The notes: generated by a model from the sequence alone, not told the origin. DNA of 27,203 nt from Candidatus Heimdallarchaeota archaeon (GCA_016840095.1 JAEOSZ010000016.1:1-27203); one strand, 5' to 3'; counted from the first letter of the stretch, positions 8,083 through 17,566 are shown. Made by a program: numbers and translations.

Positions 8083-10716
8083 ATGAAGAAGAAGTTCATT
8101 GTTTTAGTGCTTCTCAGTCTTTTAGCTGTTCTTACTTCAAGTATAATTACTACGCAGATTCAAGCACAGACCTCACTAGAAGTCCTAGTTGTAGGTGAAG
8201 ACATAGAAGAAGCTTTACTTGCACGTATATCTCTTGATCCGATGTTTGTGATTACAGAGAGTGAAACAATTGGAGCTGATATTAGCGGATACGATTGTAT
8301 AGTTATTCTTGATTATGCACCAACTACAGCAGAAATCGGTTTGTTAGGAGCATTTCCAGGTGGAATAGCTATTTTTATGTACTCTAACCTAGCAGCAAAT
8401 GCTACGCTGTTAACTTCACTTAGTTTAGCTTCAGATGCCAATGGAACCATTGCTGATGGAAGGACTGCCCTCCCGGTCCCTGTTGATGCTACTTTCGTTG
8501 GTGATCCTCCTGTAGTTATAGATAATATCCAATGGAATTCGGTTCCTACAATAACGAATTATACTGATATTCAGCTTGAAGGAACTATATTAATTGAAAC
8601 ATCATCTACAAGTGACGATCCTAATCTCGGTCTTATTAGCAGATCTGCATCTAGAAAACATTACGCATTCAATTTCTATCCAAGCACTGAATTCAACACT
8701 GAATTAATTGAATGGCCATACTTCAACTATTTGATGTATATAACAATGAAATCATCTGTTGGAGATACTGTTCTTAAATATGCAAAGTGGGAATTTTCTC
8801 CAGTACCTCATACAATGGAAACAGTAGCTTTGGGGATTTCTGTACTCTTAACTAGCGCTGTTACAGTTGTTGGTTTTATTTATGCGAAGAAATATTCCAA
8901 GAAGAATCCAATTAAAGATAAAGATTTAGAAGAGATGAGTAAAGAAGAGGAGAAAGCTGAAGGATGGGAAGAAGTTGGAATGCACAGACAACTAGGTGGA
9001 TTTTTGGTTCAACTATTTGCAGGTCTTTTGATCATTCTGCCTAATGCTGTAATGTCAGCTTTGGTTTTTCCACTACTTATTCTTCCAAGCCCTCAAGCTG
9101 CTGGATTTTATGATTTTACTATTAGATTCTTTGAGGCACTCTGGTTGTTCTTCGATCTTGGTACTAGAATTGTACTCATAAAATTCTTTAGTGAACATAG
9201 AGTAAAGAGACCACAACAAGCTATCAAATATGTTCAACTCTTCGTTTGGTTTCAAATGGTATCAGGAATAGCGCAGTTGTTCCTTATTTCGTTTCTTGGT
9301 TCGATCATATTTCCACATACCTTTCTAGCCCATATGTCTTGGATATTTGTTACTCATGCATTCTTCCAATGGCCTGCGTTCTTCTTAGTCTTTATGTATC
9401 TATTCCAAGCAATGAACCGGATAGACATATTCCAAATTCTAAATCTTTTACTATATGCTGTACTCAATATATCGGTACAATATGGTATAATTGTTCTATT
9501 CAGATACACTTTAGGGAAAAATCCTATTTTTGGAGATGGTTTGGCGGGAGCAATTGGTTATAGTGTAGGTCTTTATGTTATTCAAATAGTAGCGTTCCTT
9601 GTGGGATTTCTATTCTTCAAAAAACTAGGATTTTCATTAAAAACGGTATTCAGAATAGATTTCACGATGGCAGAAATTAAAGAAGCATTCAAATTTGGTA
9701 TAAAGTGGATGTCAGGAGCAATTTTACCACCCTTAGGATGGTTTATTCAACTATTCTTGCTTTCGAAATTTCTACCGAATTATACACAACAGCAAGGGTA
9801 CTTCTCAATTGCATGGAATTTCGCTATGATTGTAATGCTAGTCGGTTTATTTGCAGAAGGATTCCTACCAGCGATATCTGAATCCTTCCATGCGAAGAAG
9901 AAAGCATTAACAAGATACTATACGGTTAGTTCTCTCAAGTGGAGTGCATACTTTGATTGGTATTTAGTTGCAGGATTAGCTGCAGTTGGATGGCGATTTA
10001 TTCAAGGAGGAGCAGGAGCTGAGTGGGCACCAGCTGGAGGTTTAATTATTTGGTTCTTATTCTTCCATTCTATTGGATACTTCTCCTGGTTAGGAGACTG
10101 GATGTTCGCAGGAAGTGATCGACCAGGTTGGGCGGCTATCAGTTGGGTAATTGAACAAGTAATTCGTGCTGGACTTCTAGTAGCTTTCATTCCAATGCAT
10201 TCTTGGTTTACAGCAACTTTTGGATCACCAATGATAGCTATAATGTTTGCATACTTTCCCGCACTCATAATCAAGAACATCTTCATGTGGTGGCAGATTC
10301 GGAAAAACGATTACTTCAAATTCAAATGGAAGGACCTTTATTGGCAAGGAATAATTGCACCTATGATTTCTGCTGCGATACTTTTTGGAATACTTGAAGG
10401 ATTGTTCCGACTAATTTGGCAAGGAGAAATCATTACTTCAGTAGTAATCCTACTAGTTGGAACTTTAATTGGTTTGTATCTTTATGCATTCATTGCGAGT
10501 TTCTTCGGAGCTTTTGATGATAACACGTTAGAAGAACTGAAGACTGCTACAGTTATGGCTAAAGGATTCGGTTGGATGGCCAAACCTCTTTACAAGGTTT
10601 CTGAATGGGGAGCAAAGATATCTCCACTACATAATAAATTCAAGTTATCTATTTTCAAAGAAGCTGCAGCTGAAGCTGAAGAACTTACAAAAGAAAAGGC
10701 AAAATTAGTTATCTAA
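8083..10716 (+). CDS. Secreted N-terminal domain fused to a MOP-superfamily (Wzx/MATE-like) oligosaccharide flippase
   Basis: Signal peptide MKKKFIVLVLLSLL...IQA, then about 210 aa of acidic domain with sequons (NAT, NGT, NYT), a TM helix, a charged linker and a long multi-TM region with flippase-type segments (FFDLGT, KFFSEHR, LPAISESF). Confidence 0.75.
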   Translation: MKKKFIVLVLLSLLAVLTSSIITTQIQAQTSLEVLVVGEDIEEALLARISLDPMFVITESETIGADISGYDCIVILDYAPTTAEIGLLGAFPGGIAIFMYSNLAANATLLTSLSLASDANGTIADGRTALPVPVDATFVGDPPVVIDNIQWNSVPTITNYTDIQLEGTILIETSSTSDDPNLGLISRSASRKHYAFNFYPSTEFNTELIEWPYFNYLMYITMKSSVGDTVLKYAKWEFSPVPHTMETVALGISVLLTSAVTVVGFIYAKKYSKKNPIKDKDLEEMSKEEEKAEGWEEVGMHRQLGGFLVQLFAGLLIILPNAVMSALVFPLLILPSPQAAGFYDFTIRFFEALWLFFDLGTRIVLIKFFSEHRVKRPQQAIKYVQLFVWFQMVSGIAQLFLISFLGSIIFPHTFLAHMSWIFVTHAFFQWPAFFLVFMYLFQAMNRIDIFQILNLLLYAVLNISVQYGIIVLFRYTLGKNPIFGDGLAGAIGYSVGLYVIQIVAFLVGFLFFKKLGFSLKTVFRIDFTMAEIKEAFKFGIKWMSGAILPPLGWFIQLFLLSKFLPNYTQQQGYFSIAWNFAMIVMLVGLFAEGFLPAISESFHAKKKALTRYYTVSSLKWSAYFDWYLVAGLAAVGWRFIQGGAGAEWAPAGGLIIWFLFFHSIGYFSWLGDWMFAGSDRPGWAAISWVIEQVIRAGLLVAFIPMHSWFTATFGSPMIAIMFAYFPALIIKNIFMWWQIRKNDYFKFKWKDLYWQGIIAPMISAAILFGILEGLFRLIWQGEIITSVVILLVGTLIGLYLYAFIASFFGAFDDNTLEELKTATVMAKGFGWMAKPLYKVSEWGAKISPLHNKFKLSIFKEAAAEAEELTKEKAKLVI

Positions 10717-10730
10717 TTACCTTTCTTTAC

Positions 10731-11195
10731 TTATTTTTTTGTCTTTAGAGCTGATTGAATAGTTCTTTGAATCCATTCTTCTGTATCTGGATCTTGTACT
10801 AGTTCTCTACAATAGTCCCAATGTTCTCCAGCAATCAAACCCATTAAAGCTATTTTCTTAAACTTTCGTGGTTTGTTTTCAAGAGTTAGGAAAAGAAGAA
10901 GTAATTTAGCAGCTTTAAGTTTGAGATTTTCCTTATCTAATGAGTAATCCAACTGAATTTCATCATCTTGTAATGTAATTGCAACTTCATCAGCTGCTGT
11001 ATTAATTGATGCAAATTTAGTTAGAGCTAAAAGAGAATAGTTCCTTACCCAGTCTATTCTTGATGATGTTTTTGCATGTCCAAAAAGTGACTTCAAACAT
11101 CCAGTAGCTATTAATTCTTGAAGTGCCTCTCTTCTAGCTGAATCTCCTAGAGATGGTGTAGATATGATTTTATCGAATTTGCTGCAATCCATCAT
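10731..11195 (-). CDS. Hypothetical protein with two HEAT-like internal repeats
   Basis: RREALQELIATG...DWVRNYSLLAL resembles KKIALMGLIAGE...EWIQRTIQSAL. Confidence 0.65.
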   Translation of the reverse strand: MMDCSKFDKIISTPSLGDSARREALQELIATGCLKSLFGHAKTSSRIDWVRNYSLLALTKFASINTAADEVAITLQDDEIQLDYSLDKENLKLKAAKLLLLFLTLENKPRKFKKIALMGLIAGEHWDYCRELVQDPDTEEWIQRTIQSALKTKK

Positions 11196-11277
11196 GATAT
11201 CTTGGTTATTCTTTTAAATAAACTTTGAGAAAAGGACGAGTAAGAAAATTTTTAACCATCTCTGAATGACTTGCTTC

Positions 11278-11793
11278 ATGGATGCTGTGACTCATGGTAG
11301 CGTATCAGTTCTTATTGGTCTGATATTCGTTCAATTCTATCCCGGCATTCCCATATGGTGGCTTCTTCTAGTTATGTTTGTTTGGGGAATTCTAGTCGAT
11401 TACGATCATGTTTTCTATTATCGCAAACAATTCAAGGATATACCTATCTGGAACATTCCAAAGTGGATTAAGGTTTATTTCAAAACTCTAGATGAGCGAG
11501 ATGATTTTATCTATCACACTTGGTTGCAAGAACCCTTTGGTGTTCTTGTAGTGAGTGGATTAAGTGTTCTTATCTTCATATTCACTCCTTACCCAGAACT
11601 TGCCATTTTAGCATCTAGTTGCTATACTGGTCATTATCTCATGGATTTACTTTCTGGAAAGATGAAACCTTTAGCTCCATTCTATACAAAATGGACTATT
11701 GATTTGAGAATCCTTCCTGCTAATTCATTTACTGCAGCTTCTGTTACCTTAGTTGCTTTCTTTGTTGGATTAGTAGTTTATCTTTTTGTGTGA
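11278..11793 (+). CDS. Membrane-bound metal-dependent hydrolase (YdjM/DUF457-like)
   Basis: MDAVTH, DYDH, YHTW and GHYLMD metal-ligand motifs between TM helices. ATG 11278 is preferred over the track start 11266 because of TATA spacing and the family MDxxTH start. Confidence 0.8.
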   Translation: MDAVTHGSVSVLIGLIFVQFYPGIPIWWLLLVMFVWGILVDYDHVFYYRKQFKDIPIWNIPKWIKVYFKTLDERDDFIYHTWLQEPFGVLVVSGLSVLIFIFTPYPELAILASSCYTGHYLMDLLSGKMKPLAPFYTKWTIDLRILPANSFTAASVTLVAFFVGLVVYLFV

Positions 11794-11834
11794 AAAAAGG
11801 GTTTTTCTCACAAAATTTTTGAATTCATAGAATA

Positions 11835-14243
11835 ATGTACACTAGAATGTCCTCTGAAATGATTGGGAAAGTTCCATTTTGGATAGCAAAATTTGCAATA
11901 AATAATGTCTTCAGAAGAAAGATGATTGAATACAACAAGGTAGTTCTACCTGAAGATGATACGAAATGGACCAAGATGAATAAAATAACATCTAGTAAAG
12001 TGCGTAAGTATGATTTTCAAGCAGCTTTAGAGAATGGAGAACTCCTGATTAAATCTGTAGATAATGGTATTATCAATGTGAGAATTTCTAAAAAACTCTC
12101 TGATATCCCAACTACAGATGCTGTTGTTTTAGAGAGCAAAAATCCTCCTCCTTTAGTTATTAACAAAGAAACAGAGGAAATTATAATTGCACAAGAATCA
12201 GGTCCTAATCTTTTCATTGTTTCTAAAATCGATAAAGAAAAAGGAACACTTAGCTTTGAAGATGGATTTGGATTTCAGATATTTAAGGAAGAATTTCCAA
12301 GTTATCATGAAGAAGATTGGTATAAAACTGAGAAATTACCTGATGTATCTTGCGAGAACTATTATGGTTTTGGGGAAAAGGGAGGACCTTTAGATAAGAA
12401 AGGCCAAACAATATCCTTCTGGAATACTGATTCTTTCTCTTACGATGTAGATGATCAAAAATTATATCAAACACAGCCTATACAAATAGTAGTTCGTTCA
12501 AATGGGTTCTGCTATGCAGTTGTTTATGATAATCCAAACAGAAGCCAAATTGAGATTAACGATATTAACGGATGCTCTACCAAATATTATGTAAACGGTG
12601 GTGGAATCAATTACTATTTAGTTGTTGGTCCTTCAGTTTACAAAGTATTAACAAAATTAGCTGATCTATTAGGGAAAGCACCGTTTCCACCTATCTCAGC
12701 TTTAGGCCACCATCAGAGTAGATGGTCATATTATCCAGAATCAGAGGTAAGACAATTAGCTTCCGAATTCAGAACAAGAAACATACCTTGTGATTATATC
12801 CATTTAGATATAGATTACATGAATGATTATAGAGTTTTTACTTGGAATAAGGAACACTTTCCAAATCCAAAGAAGATGACAAAAGACCTTCTAGAAGAAG
12901 GTTTTAGACTAATGGCAATGACTGATCCTGGTGTAAAAGTTGATCCTAAATATAGAATTTGTAAAGAAGGTTTGAAAGGTGGTCATTTCTGTTTAAATTC
13001 TGATGGCTCAGTATATGTTGGTCCTGTCTGGCCTGGAGATTGTCATTTTCCTGATTTCACACAAATAAAAACCAGAGATTGGTTTGGAAGTCACTATACA
13101 GCATTAACTGATGTTGGAATCAGTGGATTTTGGATTGATATGAATGATCCATCAGTGTTTAATGAAAAAGGAACTATTGATGATGATGTTATACATCCGG
13201 GAGAAGGAAAACCTCGTCCACATAAGGAAGTTCACAATGAATATGCACATTTAATGGCAAAAGCGACCTACGAAGGTTTAGAAAAAATCCTACTAAACAA
13301 GAGAATCTACATCAACTCCAGATCTGCTTATTTGGGGACTCACAGATATGCTGGAACATGGACTGGAGATAATATAGCTAGCTGGGATCATTTGCAAATT
13401 AGTATTCCAATGTTGTTAAATATGGCTGCTTCAGGACAAGTGATGATTGGGCCAGACATTGGTGGATTTGCTGGAAAACCAGGAGCAGAACTTCTAACTC
13501 GCTGGTATCAAGCTGGAATTTTATATCCATATTTCAGAAATCACACAATAAACAAGAAATGTTCCCAAGAACCTTGGGTATTTGGAAAGAAAACAGAAGA
13601 AATTATAAGAAAAACAATCCAGCTAAGATACTCATTGATGCTATATATTTACAGTAGCATCAGACAAACTTGCATGACAGGTATTCCTGCTTTTCGAGCT
13701 CTATGGATAGATAATCCAAAGGATCCAATGTCACATATGCCAGAATGGTCAGAAACAGAGTATCTTTTTGGAGATAGACTTCTTGTTGCTCCGATTCTGA
13801 AAAAAGGAAGAAGAAAAAGAGAGATATATCTTCCACAAGGCAAGTGGTTCAGTTTTGATGGTGAGAATGTCTTTGAAGGTGGTAAAGTCCATGAAGTTGA
13901 TATTCCACTTGAGGAGACTGCAATTTTCGTTAAAGCTGGAACAATCATTCCCTTCATAAATGAACCAATTCAACACACAGGAGAGATAATTGATTCAAAA
14001 ATATCTTTGAGAGTATATCCAATGGATTCTAATGCTGAAGGAGAAATTTATCTAGATGATGGAGATTCTCTCGAATTCAAAAAAGGAGACTATGAGCTAG
14101 TTAAAATCGAAGGAGAAAAGAAAGCTAGAGATACTTGGTACTTCAACATTACTAGAGAAGGTAAAAAGAAAAAATACATTGAAATTGGAGAAATTTCTAT
14201 CTTTGGAGTAGAAAAAGAAAACTATCTAGTATTTGAAAAATAA
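11835..14243 (+). CDS. Glycoside hydrolase family 31 (alpha-glucosidase-like), cytoplasmic
   Basis: YGFGEK, HQSRWSY, HLDIDYM, VWPG..HFPDF, nucleophile motif WIDMNDP, acid/base WTGDN, GPDIGGF, FRNH, QEPW, YLDDG; no signal peptide. Confidence 0.95.
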   Translation: MYTRMSSEMIGKVPFWIAKFAINNVFRRKMIEYNKVVLPEDDTKWTKMNKITSSKVRKYDFQAALENGELLIKSVDNGIINVRISKKLSDIPTTDAVVLESKNPPPLVINKETEEIIIAQESGPNLFIVSKIDKEKGTLSFEDGFGFQIFKEEFPSYHEEDWYKTEKLPDVSCENYYGFGEKGGPLDKKGQTISFWNTDSFSYDVDDQKLYQTQPIQIVVRSNGFCYAVVYDNPNRSQIEINDINGCSTKYYVNGGGINYYLVVGPSVYKVLTKLADLLGKAPFPPISALGHHQSRWSYYPESEVRQLASEFRTRNIPCDYIHLDIDYMNDYRVFTWNKEHFPNPKKMTKDLLEEGFRLMAMTDPGVKVDPKYRICKEGLKGGHFCLNSDGSVYVGPVWPGDCHFPDFTQIKTRDWFGSHYTALTDVGISGFWIDMNDPSVFNEKGTIDDDVIHPGEGKPRPHKEVHNEYAHLMAKATYEGLEKILLNKRIYINSRSAYLGTHRYAGTWTGDNIASWDHLQISIPMLLNMAASGQVMIGPDIGGFAGKPGAELLTRWYQAGILYPYFRNHTINKKCSQEPWVFGKKTEEIIRKTIQLRYSLMLYIYSSIRQTCMTGIPAFRALWIDNPKDPMSHMPEWSETEYLFGDRLLVAPILKKGRRKREIYLPQGKWFSFDGENVFEGGKVHEVDIPLEETAIFVKAGTIIPFINEPIQHTGEIIDSKISLRVYPMDSNAEGEIYLDDGDSLEFKKGDYELVKIEGEKKARDTWYFNITREGKKKKYIEIGEISIFGVEKENYLVFEK

Positions 14244-14246
14244 ATA

Positions 14247-14954
14247 TCATTCAAGGTATGAACTAGCCTTTCGAGTAAGTATCTTTCTGAATACTTCTGC
14301 ATGTTTAGCTCCTAGAAACATTCCTGCTTTTGCAGTTTCTGAGATTACGAAATCTTTGACTGGCCATTCTCCATATGCCTCATTATATACATCTAAGCAG
14401 GCTATTATCTTTTCAATTTGATTTGAAACATCGATATAAATTGCACTTCCAGCTAATTCTGCTCCTCCGTCTAAAGGTGTGTATAAGCTCACATTTTTTC
14501 TATGAGGTGGATACTCATCATCTTCATTATTGTACCTAGCATATGAAAGAGCATCAAGTGTAATTGTATGTGTATATCTGTGATCAGGATGTCCTAGCCC
14601 TAGTGTTTTGTATTCTCCCCAAGTAATAATAACATCTGGTTTTAGTAATTTGAAGTATTTTGCTAATTTCTTAGCATTCTCAACTGAAGGCGTTACTCCT
14701 GAATCAGGTATATCCATGAGATAGTATTTTGCACCAATAATCTGCTCTATTTTACCTACATGACCTTCTCTTGTTTTAGCTATTTCCTCGTGAGATCCTT
14801 TTAGAGTTGATGCATTCTCACCATGTGTTAACATTACTACAGAAACATTATCACCTCTCTCACTATGATTAGCTAAGGTTCCTAACACGCTTGCTTCATC
14901 ATCTGGATGTGCAAAAACTGCGACAACATTAATCGGAGAGTAATCTTCATTCAT
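14247..14954 (-). CDS. PIG-L/LmbE family N-acetylglucosaminyl de-N-acetylase
   Basis: AHPDDE and HPDH zinc motifs, LTHGE, PDVIIT, C-terminal AEVF. Confidence 0.92.
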   Translation of the reverse strand: MNEDYSPINVVAVFAHPDDEASVLGTLANHSERGDNVSVVMLTHGENASTLKGSHEEIAKTREGHVGKIEQIIGAKYYLMDIPDSGVTPSVENAKKLAKYFKLLKPDVIITWGEYKTLGLGHPDHRYTHTITLDALSYARYNNEDDEYPPHRKNVSLYTPLDGGAELAGSAIYIDVSNQIEKIIACLDVYNEAYGEWPVKDFVISETAKAGMFLGAKHAEVFRKILTRKASSYLE

Positions 14955-15016
14955 GAATAAATAAAGTGGTAGAGATTTTTAAAAACGTGCTTCCTACAAA
15001 AAAGAGAATGATGGTT

Positions 15017-15221
15017 TTAAAAACCATATAAGTAAGAATATTTATCGTTTAGATGTTTTATCAGATACTTAGGATCAGGGTTCTCTCCAGTTACTTTTTA
15101 ACCAATTCTGGAGGATTGTTAAGTTTCCTTTTTGATGTACATTTTTTGTTAACCAATCAGTTAAAGATGTAATATCGTCTTTCTCCACTTTTTCATTCCA
15201 GTCTGGCAGATTCTTTTGTAA
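15017..15221 (-). pseudogene. C-terminal remnant of an M32 (carboxypeptidase Taq-type) metallocarboxypeptidase gene with two single-base deletions
   Basis: Minus strand, joined across frameshifts near 15119 and 15097: LQKNLPDWNEKVEKDDITSLTDWLTKNVHQKGNL(Y)NPPELVK(K)VTGENPDPKYLIKHLNDKYSYLYGF-TAA (stop 15017-15019). This matches the M32 C-terminal pattern WLxxxIHxxGxxYxPxELxxxxTGE...Y...L..KY...Y as I recall it. Confidence 0.8.
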
Positions 15222-15253
15222 AGATATAAAAAGGGAAATTGCAATTAGATATT

Positions 15254-17566
15254 ATGAAAAATCTAAGAAGGGGATTATTGTCTTTACTAATTTTATCACT
15301 ATTAATTCTCACATCATCAGTTTTTATTCAAAGTAAGGATAATAGTGGTGATGTTACCTTACCAAGTATTGATGCTACTACAAAGGATTGGACTGTTATG
15401 GTCTATCTTTGTGCGGATAATAACTTAGAATACTATGGTTTAGATGATTTGATTGAAATGCAACTTGCTGGAGGTACAACAGCTGATGTCAATGTAATAG
15501 CAATGGTTGACAGATGTGCCTATGATTATGAAACACCTGATTTTGCAAATGATTGGTCTGAAACACGCTACTATACTATAGAAGCTGATGCTTCAATGAC
15601 TTTCACTTCTACAATGAATCAATCTCTTGGAGAAGTTAATATGGGTGATCCACAATCTCTAAGAGATTTCATAGATTGGGGATTAGTAAACTATCCTGCA
15701 GATAAAACAGCTCTGATCATATGGGATCACGGGGGAGGTTTAAGTGGAGTTTGCTGGGATGAAGATAATGGGGATGATCATCTAACAATTAACGAATTGG
15801 AAACAGCTTTGACTGGTTACTATTTTGATTTTCTTGGGTTTGATGCCTGTTTAATGGGACAATTAGAGGTTCTTTACGAGCTGAAGGATTATTGCGAAAT
15901 TTACACTGCTAGTATGCTTAATGAGCCAGGAGACGGATGGGATTATTATGAATCTTTATCAGCATTAATTGCTACACCATCTATGTCAGCAAGTGTTTTT
16001 GCTCAAAATATCTGTGAAGATTATGCTGATTTTTATTCTACTTATAGTAACTATGTGACATTGAGTGCATATAATACTACAGAGCTTGTTGGTATTGAAT
16101 CATTAATAGATGATGTATCTGCTGAGTTGGTTAATCATCTTCCAACTTATGGAAGTGAGATTTATTCTGCAAGATTAAATTCGATGAGTCAACTCCCTGA
16201 TTTGGAATGTGATTACTATAAGTTCTTAACAAATCTACAATCAATATCTGCTCCTTCGTTAAATACTGCAGTTGGCAATTTGATTACAGCTTTTGATGAT
16301 GCTCTCGTAATATCCAGTTCAACATTTATTACAGATCCTTACGGATTGTGGGGATTCTTACCAGCATTACCTTACGAGTATTATAACGACTTCTATATTT
16401 TTTCAAATCAAAGTGTTGTCAACTCATATGTAAATTTCTATTATGACTTGGAATTCGTTCTGAATACTAATTGGGAAGATTTTCTCTATCAATGGAGAGC
16501 TGCTTTAGGAAGTTTAATTCCAACAGTCAGTTTAGGTTCACCCTATTCAGATTCTCTGGTCGATGGAGGTTTTATGTATGTTCAAGCTGATTTGCCACCT
16601 CCAACTTCAGGATATACATATGAAGCATCTTTATCGATGGATTACGGTCCAGATTTTGATCTTGAGATATGGAATGAAGCTGATTGGATGGGATTGCCTG
16701 ACGGATTTTACGGCTATAGTGGTGAAGGAGGTTCAGATACAGAACAAATCACAATTTCTCCAAATGCAGATAATCCTTTATTCTTCTACATCTATAGCTA
16801 TTCGGGAGCAGGAGGATTTACGTTAAGCTTGTCAGAAGTAGGTTATGATGAAGATTTCTTTGAAGAAAATGATGATTATGGTCAAGCAGCTGAAATTAGT
16901 TCAAATACAATCTATAATTTGATTGCTAACGACGACGATTACTTCTATATCTACTTGCCTGCAGGAGCATCTGTTTCAATAGCTTTAGATTTTAATCCAA
17001 CTGTAGTAGATTTGGATTTATATCTAGATGATTTGAATTATAATGAACTAGACTATAGTGAAAGCTACTATACAACAGAGTCTATCAATTATGTTACAAC
17101 TTACGCAGGATTGTATTATGTTGTAGTAACTTACTTTGATGGTTCAATAGGGGAAGATTATACTCTGATAGTTTCTGTAGCAACAATTCAAATAAGCAGT
17201 GTAGGTATCTCACCCTCGTATCTCTATCAAGGGGATAATGTAGCAGTATCATGTACAGTAACTGGAATTAATACAATTGCTTCTGTAATATTATCATATA
17301 GTTACGATTCTTCCACCTGGACCAATATCACTATGACTCTTTCTACAGGATCATCATATCAAGCAGATTTTGTACTAACAGATGATGCAGATTATTTGTA
17401 TATTCAAATCTATGCTTATGATGATGAAGACAATTGGGAGATCTCTGCAAAGAAGACATACATTGTTCATGAAGAAACGAGTTTTACCTCGTTTCCATGG
17501 TATCTAGCACCTATACTCATTATCGGAATAGCATTCATTTTTAGAAAGAGAATTTACAGAACTTAA
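15254..17566 (+). CDS. Secreted, C-terminally anchored clostripain-family (C11) cysteine peptidase with PPC-like domains
   Basis: Signal peptide from ATG 15254 (TATAAA at 15225-15230). WTVMVYLCADNNLE, EVNMGDP, catalytic WDHGGG and FDACLMG. Two DxDL-containing PPC-like modules and a D/E-rich DFFEENDD segment. C-terminal TM plus RKR tail. Confidence 0.92.
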   Translation: MKNLRRGLLSLLILSLLILTSSVFIQSKDNSGDVTLPSIDATTKDWTVMVYLCADNNLEYYGLDDLIEMQLAGGTTADVNVIAMVDRCAYDYETPDFANDWSETRYYTIEADASMTFTSTMNQSLGEVNMGDPQSLRDFIDWGLVNYPADKTALIIWDHGGGLSGVCWDEDNGDDHLTINELETALTGYYFDFLGFDACLMGQLEVLYELKDYCEIYTASMLNEPGDGWDYYESLSALIATPSMSASVFAQNICEDYADFYSTYSNYVTLSAYNTTELVGIESLIDDVSAELVNHLPTYGSEIYSARLNSMSQLPDLECDYYKFLTNLQSISAPSLNTAVGNLITAFDDALVISSSTFITDPYGLWGFLPALPYEYYNDFYIFSNQSVVNSYVNFYYDLEFVLNTNWEDFLYQWRAALGSLIPTVSLGSPYSDSLVDGGFMYVQADLPPPTSGYTYEASLSMDYGPDFDLEIWNEADWMGLPDGFYGYSGEGGSDTEQITISPNADNPLFFYIYSYSGAGGFTLSLSEVGYDEDFFEENDDYGQAAEISSNTIYNLIANDDDYFYIYLPAGASVSIALDFNPTVVDLDLYLDDLNYNELDYSESYYTTESINYVTTYAGLYYVVVTYFDGSIGEDYTLIVSVATIQISSVGISPSYLYQGDNVAVSCTVTGINTIASVILSYSYDSSTWTNITMTLSTGSSYQADFVLTDDADYLYIQIYAYDDEDNWEISAKKTYIVHEETSFTSFPWYLAPILIIGIAFIFRKRIYRT

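Noticed and set aside
9073-10397. Four short ORFs inside the flippase gene
   Set aside because: Alternative-frame or antisense shadows with no independent support.
12017-14421. Six short ORFs within GH31 and PIG-L
   Set aside because: Shadows of strongly supported genes.
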